This document shows positions 10,260 through 19,344 of a stretch of DNA of 64,000 nt, piece by piece (within the stretch, counting starts at the first letter, position 1; every line of letters begins with the position of its first letter). The position numbers and the translations under genes are program-made. Origin of the DNA: Spirochaetaceae bacterium (lineage in GTDB: Bacteria > Spirochaetota > Spirochaetia > DSM-2461); contig JAOPTT010000012.1 of NCBI GenBank assembly GCA_051531975.1, positions 1 through 64,000 of the forward strand. The letters are read 5' to 3'. Below the pieces are notes generated by a model. That model was not told the origin of the DNA. It made no database searches and saw only the letters and a program-made list of their open reading frames with translations.

Positions 10260-12626
10260 TTAAATTACAACTTTTTTAATACTAACTCTCCAATAATCTT
10301 CTACCTGTTCTTTTAATAGAATTTTATGCCCCTCGGATTCAACTGAACCTGGTACATTATTTATTGGTGCTCCAGAATCTAATAATATCTCTAATTCATC
10401 ACCATGCTTTAATTTAGATAACTCCATTTTTGTTTTAACAAAGTTCATTGGACAAGCTACACCTCGTAGATCCTTAATATTATTAGGTTGTTTTGAATCA
10501 TTAACAATTACAATACTAGAATCTATTGCAAGACTGCTCTCTTCACCTTTAAATCTCATTGATTTATCCATGGTACCGTATAGTTCGATAAGGGCTACAC
10601 TAAATGAGATTACTTCCTCTTCTCTAAGATTTTGATCATCTCTTACAGCAGAAATTAGGGACAGATAAGTTTTAGAAATTAGTCCTTTTTCTATAAAGTA
10701 TTTTATAAAACTATCATAAACTTGGATATCAGTTTTAGCCTCAACACCTCTAGTTACAAGTAACATTCTAGAGGTATGATATACAATGTTTTTTAATATA
10801 GATTGTTTCTCATCCTTAGTTAATGTCTCTTCTAATTTATTAGTTAGGGTAATTATAGTTTTTTTATCTATACCGATCATATCAAATAGACCAGCACTAC
10901 ATTCACCTTTACCCATACCTTCTGTAGAGAATATCTCTTCTGAACCCCAATCAAAATAATAATTTTTATCTTCATCAAATGTAGGTATTAGTCTGTTATA
11001 TTTTTCTGCTATCTCTTTAATAACATCAGCACCCTCAATATCAAAATATTCTGCAAAAGTATCGTAGTTTTCTTTTACCTCTTCGTAACTTATAAGAATC
11101 TCTTTTAAAACCTCTGGTAGGTCTTTAGAGTGAACCCATCCGGCTTCTATACCAAGTCTTGTCTCCCCTGGAGATACAATTGCACCACCAATAATTTGAT
11201 AAGCTGGAAATGTTCTGTTTTTGTGGTTTTTAATTCTACCATAAAAGCCTAGATCTCCTACATGGTGTTGACCACAGGAGTTTGGACACCCAGAAATATG
11301 TATTTTAAGATCACTTATATTATCAAGTACTTCTTGTTCAATTGTATCCATTCTTGAATGTAGTTTAGGTGTTAAACCTCTTGGTAGACATATTCCAAGT
11401 TTACATGTATCTGCTCCAGTACAAGCGATCATATTACTATATACCTTTGGTTTATCATAAAAATTAGTTAAACTTTTAAGGGTGATAAATACTTTAGATA
11501 GATAGTCCTCTGGAATATTTCTAAGATATATATTTTGATCCATAGAGAGTCTTATTACATTATCCCCTAAGGCGTTTAAAATAACTACTAACTTTCTAGC
11601 ATCTTTAGTTAACAAGTCTCCTAAAATTAGAGATATTTTAACGCTGAAAAGACCCTCTTGTTTCTGAGTTGTTACAAACCTTTTTTTCCAAAGTTCAAAT
11701 TTAACTTTTTCTGTTTCTAAAAGCTTTGAAGGAGCCCAACCATCTAAGTTTACACTATTAACCCTAGGTTCCCATTTAAGTATTGTATCAGGATTATTTT
11801 CCAGTTTTTTATACTCTTCTTTAAAGTAGGATGTATAAACCTCACCAGTTAGTTCTTTCCATAAAAACCTAAGTCTGTTTTTTGATTTATTAACCCTATC
11901 TCCATGTTTATGGAACATATTTTTTAGAGCTTTAACAACTCTATAAAGGTCCTCTCCTGGTATCCAATCTATAAGTTTCTTTCCAATAGATGGAACAATA
12001 CCCATTCCACCTGCAGTCCAGACTTCAAAACCTTCAATTCCATCTTGAAGTTTTGCTATAAAACCTAGATCCTGAAGTGTCGCGTTTGCATTATCATCGG
12101 CGCTGCTTGAAAAGGTAAGTTTAAATTTCCTAGGCATATTCCAGGAGTCAGGTTCAGAAATAAGCCTTGTTGATAAAGCTACCACATATGGTTCAACATC
12201 AAAGACTTCGTTTACTGAAACACCTGAATTATAGGAAGTCATTATATTCCTAACAGTATTTCCACCACCACCTCGGGTACTTAAACCAACTTTGTTTAAT
12301 TCCCGCATTACTGTTGGTGTATCTTCTAAGTGTACATAGTGCAGTTGAATTTCCTGTCTGGTAGTTACATGAACATGGGCATTTCCATACTGTTCACCTA
12401 ATTCAGCAGCTTTTAGTAGTTGTATTGGAGTTATACCTCCAGCACTACACCTTATCCGAATCATAAAAGTCTCTTCAGTTCTCTGTTCGTATACACCAAA
12501 TGCAACTCTTATTCCTTTAAACTCAGTAGGGTGTAATAATCCACCTCTAAAATCTTTTATCTGTTGTTCAAATTTTGAAACCTCATCCAATAAAGTATTG
12601 GGAGATGTGTAAAATGATGTCGCCAT
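10260..12626 (-). CDS. Siroheme sulfite/nitrite reductase (ferredoxin-type) fused to a HEPN-like helical domain and C-terminal TusA/SirA domain
   Basis: TTRQEIQ, MPRKFK, CTGADTC and SGCPNSCG siroheme/4Fe-4S ligands; C-terminal DLRGVACPMNFVKTK. Confidence 0.9.
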   Translation of the reverse strand: MATSFYTSPNTLLDEVSKFEQQIKDFRGGLLHPTEFKGIRVAFGVYEQRTEETFMIRIRCSAGGITPIQLLKAAELGEQYGNAHVHVTTRQEIQLHYVHLEDTPTVMRELNKVGLSTRGGGGNTVRNIMTSYNSGVSVNEVFDVEPYVVALSTRLISEPDSWNMPRKFKLTFSSSADDNANATLQDLGFIAKLQDGIEGFEVWTAGGMGIVPSIGKKLIDWIPGEDLYRVVKALKNMFHKHGDRVNKSKNRLRFLWKELTGEVYTSYFKEEYKKLENNPDTILKWEPRVNSVNLDGWAPSKLLETEKVKFELWKKRFVTTQKQEGLFSVKISLILGDLLTKDARKLVVILNALGDNVIRLSMDQNIYLRNIPEDYLSKVFITLKSLTNFYDKPKVYSNMIACTGADTCKLGICLPRGLTPKLHSRMDTIEQEVLDNISDLKIHISGCPNSCGQHHVGDLGFYGRIKNHKNRTFPAYQIIGGAIVSPGETRLGIEAGWVHSKDLPEVLKEILISYEEVKENYDTFAEYFDIEGADVIKEIAEKYNRLIPTFDEDKNYYFDWGSEEIFSTEGMGKGECSAGLFDMIGIDKKTIITLTNKLEETLTKDEKQSILKNIVYHTSRMLLVTRGVEAKTDIQVYDSFIKYFIEKGLISKTYLSLISAVRDDQNLREEEVISFSVALIELYGTMDKSMRFKGEESSLAIDSSIVIVNDSKQPNNIKDLRGVACPMNFVKTKMELSKLKHGDELEILLDSGAPINNVPGSVESEGHKILLKEQVEDYWRVSIKKVVI

Positions 12627-12652
12627 ACTGCCTCCAAAGGTTATTCCTACTT

Positions 12653-12743
12653 ATACCATCTGCATAGTAGGGTATTATTAATAAATTTACTAATATACTA
12701 TTGACCTTTCTTAAAAGTGTCAATAACCTACTTATCAGGTGGG
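12653..12743. promoter_or_regulatory. Overlapping divergent sigma70 promoters with two candidate Rrf2 boxes
   Basis: Plus strand: TTGACC(12701)-17-TAACCT. Minus strand: TTGACA(12723-12718)-17-TAGTAT. Boxes: ATAACCTACTTATCAGGTGGG (12723-12743, +) and ATACCCTACTATGCAGATGG (12675-12656, -). Confidence 0.6.
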
Positions 12744-12749
12744 GATACG

Positions 12750-13154
12750 GTGGTAATATCAAAAAGAACAATTTATGGGTTTCGTTTTTTAGCTTATTTA
12801 GCAATTTCCAATACTGGAAAGAATATTCAGTTAGGTGAGGTTGCTAAACATGAGAACATATCTGTCAAATATTTAGAAAAAATTGTTCAGATTGTTAAAA
12901 GAGCTGGTTTATTAACTGTTACCCGTGGGTCAAAGGGTGGTTACAAATTAAGTAAAAGCCCAGACAAAATAAATGCCAAAGACCTTTTTTATATATTTGA
13001 AGGAGTTAATTCAATTTCAGATGGTAACGAAGAAGGTGGTAGTAAGGTAGATCTTTGGAGTAATTTGGATGATACGATAAATGCCTATCTATCAACATTT
13101 ACTCTAAGGGATTTAATAGAAAATAGAGAAATACAAAATATGTATTATATCTAG
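12750..13154 (+). CDS. Rrf2-family regulator, Cys-less (CymR-like)
   Basis: ISVKYLEKI, RGSKGGYKL; no Fe-S cysteines; GTG 12750 behind GGGGA is the likely start. Confidence 0.88.
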   Translation: MVISKRTIYGFRFLAYLAISNTGKNIQLGEVAKHENISVKYLEKIVQIVKRAGLLTVTRGSKGGYKLSKSPDKINAKDLFYIFEGVNSISDGNEEGGSKVDLWSNLDDTINAYLSTFTLRDLIENREIQNMYYI

Positions 13155-13173
13155 CAAAACACATGGAGGACGC

Positions 13174-13386
13174 ATGATTTTAATTATTAATGGTGAAAAA
13201 AAGCAGATCTCTGAATCGATTTTAATGGTTACAGAGTTACTAAAAGTAGAAAATGTGGATATGCCGGATATGGTATCTGTTCAGCTAAATGGTGAATTCG
13301 TAGAAAGAGAAGACTTTGATTCAACTAAAGTTTCAGAAGGTGACGAAGTTGATTTTCTCTATTTCATGGGTGGAGGTAGTAGATAG
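13174..13386 (+). CDS. ThiS-family ubiquitin-like sulfur carrier with capped C-terminus (GGG-SR)
   Basis: IINGE, VQLNGEFV, EGDEVDFLYFMGGGSR. Confidence 0.92.
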   Translation: MILIINGEKKQISESILMVTELLKVENVDMPDMVSVQLNGEFVEREDFDSTKVSEGDEVDFLYFMGGGSR

Positions 13387-13388
13387 TT

Positions 13389-14189
13389 ATGATGAGCGAT
13401 AAACAGTTAGAACGTTATAGTCGACATGTTATCTTACAGGATATTGGAATTGAGGGGCAGGATAAACTGCTTGCTTCTAAGGTTCTGGTTATTGGTGCAG
13501 GTGGCCTTGGAGCCCCTGTTCTTCTCTATCTTGCTGCAGCTGGTATTGGAACTATAGGAATAATAGATGGTGATGTTGTTGACCTGTCAAATTTACAAAG
13601 ACAAGTTATACACAGCACAAATGATATTGGTACAGCTAAGGTTGTATCTGCTAAAGAGAGTATAAATGCTATTAACCCGGATGTAGATGTAATTATCCAT
13701 CAGGATCTTGCATTAGCACATAATATAACAGGTTTAATTGAAGATTATGATTTTATTATAGATGGAACTGATAACTTCCCTGCTAAGTTTTTAATAAACG
13801 ACGCATGTGTAAAATCAGGTAAAGCTTTCTCCCATGGTGGGATTCTAAGGTTTGATGGTCAAACATTAACCCATACTCCTGGGAATGCGTGTTTTAGATG
13901 TGTTTTTCCTGAACTACCTCCAAAGGACGCTGTTCCTACATGTTCTGAAGCTGGAGTATTAGGTTCAGTAGCTGGAATATTAGGAACTATACAAGCAACT
14001 GAGGCTGTTAAGTTTCTACTTGGTAAAGGTGAACTATTAACTAATAAACTATTGGTTATGGACGCTTTTAATATGGATTTTAGAAAAGTGAAACTTAAAA
14101 AGAATCCTAAGTGCCCAGTTTGTGGTGATAACCCTACAATTACTGAGTTACAGGATTATGAACAGCCTGTATGTAGTCTAAAAAAATAG
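13389..14189 (+). CDS. ThiF/MoeB-family (E1-like) adenylyltransferase
   Basis: RYSRH, GAGGLG, DLSNLQRQ, DGTDNF, CFRC and CPVC Zn motifs. Confidence 0.95.
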   Translation: MMSDKQLERYSRHVILQDIGIEGQDKLLASKVLVIGAGGLGAPVLLYLAAAGIGTIGIIDGDVVDLSNLQRQVIHSTNDIGTAKVVSAKESINAINPDVDVIIHQDLALAHNITGLIEDYDFIIDGTDNFPAKFLINDACVKSGKAFSHGGILRFDGQTLTHTPGNACFRCVFPELPPKDAVPTCSEAGVLGSVAGILGTIQATEAVKFLLGKGELLTNKLLVMDAFNMDFRKVKLKKNPKCPVCGDNPTITELQDYEQPVCSLKK

Positions 14190-14199
14190 AGGAGCTAAC

Positions 14200-14589
14200 A
14201 TGATAAAGATACCTGGGGATATAGTGGATGAAATATTTGACCACGGCAATATAGATATACCCAACGAGGCTTGTGGATATTTAGCAGGAATAAATGGTGA
14301 AGTAGTTAAAAGAATAGCTTTAACAAACGTTGACCACAGCCCTGAACATTTTAGATTAGACCCAAAAGAGCAGTTTGAAGCTTTTAAAAATGCGAAAAAA
14401 GAGGGTCTTAAACTTCTTAGTGTTTACCATACACATCCTGTAACTCCAGCAAGGCCTTCAGAGGAAGATATAAAATTAGCCTTTGATCCAAATATAAGTT
14501 ATGTCATTGCGTCGGTTATAGATAAAGAAATCAGATCTTTTAGAATTAGAAATGGAGAAGTAGAAGTAGAGGAGGTTGAGATTGGCTGA
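14200..14589 (+). CDS. JAB/MPN+ (M67) metallopeptidase
   Basis: EACG...YHTHP..PARPSEED JAMM motif. Confidence 0.93.
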   Translation: MIKIPGDIVDEIFDHGNIDIPNEACGYLAGINGEVVKRIALTNVDHSPEHFRLDPKEQFEAFKNAKKEGLKLLSVYHTHPVTPARPSEEDIKLAFDPNISYVIASVIDKEIRSFRIRNGEVEVEEVEIG

Positions 14590-15331
14590 AGATAGTTTAT
14601 TAAAAGAGTATCAGGATAAGTTATTAGGCAGTTCCGCCTGGGAATCACTTAATTGGGTTTTTAACAACTTTGACCTCGAAAATATAGCTTTTGCTACCAG
14701 TTTGGGTGCTGAAGATCAGGTACTGACTGATCTAATTCTGAATATAAACAGTGGTGTTGATATTTTTACATTGGATACAGGCAGACTCTTTGAAGCGACT
14801 TATAAAGTTATTCAGAATGTAAAAGATAAATATGGGAAAAATATGGAGCTTCTTTTTCCAGAATCTTCATCTATAAAAAAACTGGTAGAAGATAAAGGGC
14901 CTAACCTTTTTTATAACAGCGTGGCCGATAGGAAAGAGTGTTGTAGGGTTAGAAAAATAGAACCCTTAAAGAAAAAATTATCAGGAAAAAAAATCTGGAT
15001 AACAGGGCTTAGAAAGGATCAGTCTATAACTAGAACAGATCTGAATATTTTAGATTGGGATGAATCTTTTGGCCTTCTAAAACTCTCTCCACTGCTTAGC
15101 TGGAGCGAAAAAGATGTGTGGGATTATATTAAAGAGAATAATATCCCCCACAACTCTTTGCATGAAATCGGATTTCCTAGTATAGGTTGTGAACCATGTA
15201 CCAGAGCCATTAAAACCGGTGAAGATGTTAGAAGTGGAAGATGGTGGTGGGAAAATCCAGAACACAAAGAGTGTGGATTACATAAAAAAGACGGTAAATC
15301 AGTTCCAAGGAGGACAGAATGGATCATTTAG
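14576..15331 (+). CDS. cysH: Adenylylsulfate (APS) reductase, Fe-S type
   Basis: [23 protein letters not shown]. Confidence 0.92.
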   Translation: MRLAEDSLLKEYQDKLLGSSAWESLNWVFNNFDLENIAFATSLGAEDQVLTDLILNINSGVDIFTLDTGRLFEATYKVIQNVKDKYGKNMELLFPESSSIKKLVEDKGPNLFYNSVADRKECCRVRKIEPLKKKLSGKKIWITGLRKDQSITRTDLNILDWDESFGLLKLSPLLSWSEKDVWDYIKENNIPHNSLHEIGFPSIGCEPCTRAIKTGEDVRSGRWWWENPEHKECGLHKKDGKSVPRRTEWII

Positions 15332-16197
15332 ATAAATTAGAAGCACAGGCTGTATTTATACTTCGAGAAGCCTACAGAGAATTTAAAGATTTAGCCATGT
15401 TATGGTCTATTGGAAAAGATAGTACCGTTCTTCTCTGGCTTGCAAGAAAAGCCTTTTTTGGACATGTACCTATACCATTAGTACATATAGATACACATTA
15501 TAAAGTTCCTGCAATGATTAAATATAGAGATCAGTTGGCTTTGCAATGGAATCTAAACATGGTTTATGGTCAAAACACAGTCGCTTTAAATAATAAAGAG
15601 ACATTTCCTGATGGTAAAGTTGACCGTTTAACATGTTGTAAAAACTTAAAAAGTGAAGCTTTAAAACATACGTTAAGTGGTGAATGGACTCGTTATAGAA
15701 TGGACCATGATAAAAAAGATTATGTTATAGATGAAAACAAAGATCCTTATACAGGTGTAATTGTAGGGGTTAGAGCAGATGAAGAGGGATCAAGATCTAA
15801 AGAGAGATATTTTTCTCCACGGGACAAACATAACGACTGGGATGTTGGAGATCAGCCTCCTGAGTTTTGGAACCAATATAAAACTGATTTTGCTCCTGGT
15901 ACTCACTTAAGAATCCACCCACTGTTAGATTGGACAGAACTTAATATCTGGGAGTATATCGAAAGAGAAAATATTCCAATAATTGACCTTTATTTTGATA
16001 AGGGTGAAGGGACTAGATATAGAAGCCTAGGATGTTTCCCATGCACTAAACCTGTAGAGTCAAAATCTACTACTGTAATAGAGATAATAGATGAACTTAA
16101 AAGTGGAAAGTTTGCAAATATTGCTGAGAGATCTGGTAGAGCCCAGGATAAAGAAGATGGTGGTCTTGAAACTTTAAGACGAGATGGTTACATGTAG
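15319..16197 (+). CDS. cysD: Sulfate adenylyltransferase subunit 2
   Basis: [34 protein letters not shown]. Confidence 0.95.
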   Translation: MDHLDKLEAQAVFILREAYREFKDLAMLWSIGKDSTVLLWLARKAFFGHVPIPLVHIDTHYKVPAMIKYRDQLALQWNLNMVYGQNTVALNNKETFPDGKVDRLTCCKNLKSEALKHTLSGEWTRYRMDHDKKDYVIDENKDPYTGVIVGVRADEEGSRSKERYFSPRDKHNDWDVGDQPPEFWNQYKTDFAPGTHLRIHPLLDWTELNIWEYIERENIPIIDLYFDKGEGTRYRSLGCFPCTKPVESKSTTVIEIIDELKSGKFANIAERSGRAQDKEDGGLETLRRDGYM

Positions 16198-16254
16198 GAG
16201 AGTATGTATAATGTAAATTATATGTACTCCTTAGCTACACTATAGGAGTTTAAA

Positions 16255-18024
16255 ATGAACAGAGATCAGATGAATATTGTTATTGTAGGACATGTAGACC
16301 ACGGAAAAAGTACGGTTATTGGTCGGTTACTGGCTGATACTGGCTCACTTCCTGATGGTAAATTACAAGAAGTTCGAGATAACTGTAAAAGAAATTCTAA
16401 ACCTTTTGAGTATGCTTTTTTATTAGACGCATTAAAGGATGAACAATCCCAGGGTATTACTATCGATACAGCCAGATGTTTTTTTGGTTCAGCAACACGG
16501 GATTATATTATCCTAGATGCTCCGGGGCATATCGAGTTTTTAAAAAACATGGTTACTGGAGCATCAAGAGCTGAAGCTGGACTTCTTGTTATAGATGCAA
16601 ATGAGGGAATAAGAGAGAACTCAAAGAGACATGGTCATATGATCTCCTTATTAGGGATTAAACAGGTATCAGTTTTAGTTAATAAGATGGATCTTGTTGA
16701 TTATGACCAGGCTGTATTTGAAAATATTAAGAAGGAATTTACAGAATTCCTAAACGAAGTAAATATAGAACCAATATCTTTTATACCTATCAGTGCAATG
16801 AGTGGAGATAATATTATTTCCACCTCGGAAATGACTCCCTGGTACAATGGGAACTCTGTTTTGGGACAGGTTGATGCTTTTAAAAAGGCAAAAGTTAAAG
16901 AGGAACTTCCCTTTAGAATGCCTGTTCAGGACATCTATAAATTTACAGATTCTGGGGATGACAGAAGAATTATTGCGGGAACTGTAGAATCAGGAACAAT
17001 AAAAGAAGGGGATGATGTTATATTTCTTCCTAGTGGTAAAAAATCTAGACTTACAACAATAGAAGGTTTTAATACTGGAAAAGTAGAGAAGGTTGGCGCC
17101 CAGGAGTCTGTAGGTTTTACTATGCAGACTCAGATCTATATTAGACCCGGGGAATTAATGGTTAAAGCCGAGGATGTTCAGCCAAAAGTTGCATCAAGGT
17201 TTAAAGCTAATATCTTCTGGGTTGGTAAGGCTCCAATGGTTATTGGCAAAGATTATAAATTAAAAATTGGATCAACTAGAACCAGTGTAAAGCTTGTAGA
17301 AGTTTTGAGTGTTTTAGATGCATCAGACTTAAGTTCCGATCATTCTAAAAGTCAGGTTGATAGACACGATGTTGCTGAGGCTATTTTTGAAACATCTAAA
17401 CCTATAGCTTTTGATTTAGCAGGGGATACAGATACATCTGGTAGATTTGTAATTGTAGATAATTATGAGATCTCAGGTGGTGGAATAATTCTTGAAGTTG
17501 ATGATTCCGGTGAAAGTTATCTTAAAAACAAGATAAAAGAGAGGGAGAATCTTTGGGAACATGGACCTATTTCAGCAGACGAGCGGGCATCCTACTACCG
17601 TCATAAATCAAAATTTGTAGTTTTTACAGGTGAACCTATAGATTATAAAAAAGAGTTGGCCTATGAACTTGAGAAACAATTATTTTATAAAAATTACAAA
17701 GCTTATTATCTAGGGCTTGGTAATATCTCAGGGGACCTTGAAGATGATGAACAGATTAGAAGATTAGGTGAACTTGCAAGAATTATGACTGACTCTGGTC
17801 AGATATTTATTACTACACTGCCTAATGTAGATGATTACGATTTAGAAAAATTAACACTTTTAAATCATCCAAATGAATTTATTGTTATAAATGTAGGGTA
17901 TAATAACTTTACAGAGTATAAGGTTAATCTTGATCTAGGAGATAATAGAGATATTATTGGTGGAATAGATAGAATAATAAATCTATTAAAAGAAGAAGAG
18001 GTTATCCCTGACTTTAGTATTTAG
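16255..18024 (+). CDS. cysN: Sulfate adenylyltransferase subunit 1 (GTPase) with degenerate C-terminal APS-kinase-like domain
   Basis: [18 protein letters not shown]. The C-terminal CysC-like segment lacks the P-loop. Confidence 0.92.
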   Translation: MNRDQMNIVIVGHVDHGKSTVIGRLLADTGSLPDGKLQEVRDNCKRNSKPFEYAFLLDALKDEQSQGITIDTARCFFGSATRDYIILDAPGHIEFLKNMVTGASRAEAGLLVIDANEGIRENSKRHGHMISLLGIKQVSVLVNKMDLVDYDQAVFENIKKEFTEFLNEVNIEPISFIPISAMSGDNIISTSEMTPWYNGNSVLGQVDAFKKAKVKEELPFRMPVQDIYKFTDSGDDRRIIAGTVESGTIKEGDDVIFLPSGKKSRLTTIEGFNTGKVEKVGAQESVGFTMQTQIYIRPGELMVKAEDVQPKVASRFKANIFWVGKAPMVIGKDYKLKIGSTRTSVKLVEVLSVLDASDLSSDHSKSQVDRHDVAEAIFETSKPIAFDLAGDTDTSGRFVIVDNYEISGGGIILEVDDSGESYLKNKIKERENLWEHGPISADERASYYRHKSKFVVFTGEPIDYKKELAYELEKQLFYKNYKAYYLGLGNISGDLEDDEQIRRLGELARIMTDSGQIFITTLPNVDDYDLEKLTLLNHPNEFIVINVGYNNFTEYKVNLDLGDNRDIIGGIDRIINLLKEEEVIPDFSI

Positions 18025-18032
18025 AGGTAATT

Positions 18033-18491
18033 ATGAAAAAGTTTATGCCAATAGCCATAGATGTTTACGGCAAAAAAATATTATTAGTTGGTGGAGGTAG
18101 ATTCGCCCAACATAAAGTAGTGTTATTACAGAGGTTTACAAACAATATAACAATTGTAGGCTCAAAGATCTCCCAAGAAATTAAGGATTCCGGCTTAACA
18201 TATCTTGAAGAGGATTATAACGAAAAACACTTAGATGGTATCTATATTGTCTATGCATGTACAAATGATAGAGAGCTTAATAAACAGATAAGAGCTGATG
18301 GCCATAAAAAGGGTGTCATTGTAAATGTAGCTGACGACCCAGAGATTTGTGATTTTGTCTCACCTGCTATGTATATAGAAGGTGATATGACAGTAGCTGT
18401 AACTTCAAATGGAACAGATGTTTATCGTTCCATTAAGTGGAGAAATAAGTTAAAGGAATTCCTTCGTGGTAAAAGTAGAGATTTTAAATAA
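18033..18491 (+). CDS. Precorrin-2 dehydrogenase (CysG N-terminal/Met8/SirC-like), short form
   Basis: LLVGGG, VNVADDPEICDFVSPA, VAVTSNG. Confidence 0.88.
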   Translation: MKKFMPIAIDVYGKKILLVGGGRFAQHKVVLLQRFTNNITIVGSKISQEIKDSGLTYLEEDYNEKHLDGIYIVYACTNDRELNKQIRADGHKKGVIVNVADDPEICDFVSPAMYIEGDMTVAVTSNGTDVYRSIKWRNKLKEFLRGKSRDFK

Positions 18492-19344
18492 AGATACTTT
18501 TGTTCCCCAAAGGGATAAACATGTAGTTTTAAATACCTGTAACAGAACAGAGATTTACAGCGGTGAAGGTGAGATCCCTGAAGAGGTTATCAAGCACCTC
18601 TTTAGGGTTACCACTGGGCTTGAATCCTCTCTAATTGGTGAAAAAGCAATACAGGGGCAGGTTAAAGAGGCATATAAAACTGCTTCTGAAACTGGACTCT
18701 CCTCATCAATACATAAACTCTTCCAAAGAGCTCTTAATGTTGGTAAAAATGTTAGAACTAATACAGGTATTAACAGAGGTGCGGTATCCCATTCACAGGC
18801 GACGGTAGATCTATTAATAAATCTAAACCTAAACTTAAAAAACTCACATATTACTCTAATTGGTGCACATAACTTAAATGAGAAAATTATATATTACCTC
18901 CTTAAAAAAGGTGCAGAGACTGTATTTCTAGGAAATAGAACTTATTATAAGGCTAAGGAAATATCAGAAAAATATAACTCGGCAGCCTTTCATTTAGATA
19001 CACTTAAAGAGGTCTTACAAAAAACTGATATATTAATAACTGCAACAGCAGCTCCCCACGCAATTATTCATAAGGATAACTTTCCTATGGATAAAGAGAT
19101 GACAATAATTGATCTAGCCGTACCATCTGATACTGATATAGATGTACAAAACTTAGATAATGTCCACTATGTGGATAATACCGGTGTTGAAAAAACTGTA
19201 AATGTAAACCTTGGGATTAGAGAGCTGGAATTTAAAAAAGCTTCAATTATTGTAGAAAATGAGGTGGAGTTATTTCTGGAAAAGTTAAAAAACGATACGG
19301 AGAGAACATATGAAAAAGTTAAAAGTACTGTCTCGAAAGAGTAA
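18466..19344 (+). CDS. hemA: Glutamyl-tRNA reductase, minimal form
   Basis: TCNRTEIY, GLESSLIGE..IQGQVK, IDLAVP. Confidence 0.88.
   Translation: MVKVEILNKDTFVPQRDKHVVLNTCNRTEIYSGEGEIPEEVIKHLFRVTTGLESSLIGEKAIQGQVKEAYKTASETGLSSSIHKLFQRALNVGKNVRTNTGINRGAVSHSQATVDLLINLNLNLKNSHITLIGAHNLNEKIIYYLLKKGAETVFLGNRTYYKAKEISEKYNSAAFHLDTLKEVLQKTDILITATAAPHAIIHKDNFPMDKEMTIIDLAVPSDTDIDVQNLDNVHYVDNTGVEKTVNVNLGIRELEFKKASIIVENEVELFLEKLKNDTERTYEKVKSTVSKE

Noticed and set aside
10560..10860. HEPN toxin RNase in the sulfite reductase
   Set aside because: No Rx4-6H motif evident; helical accessory domain in a metabolic enzyme
13174..14589. Ubiquitin-like anti-phage system (Bil, CBASS Cap2/Cap3) or thiamine biosynthesis
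   Set aside because: No E2, CD-NTase or thiG/thiH; embedded in a cysHDN-sulfite reductase operon, which fits sulfur assimilation
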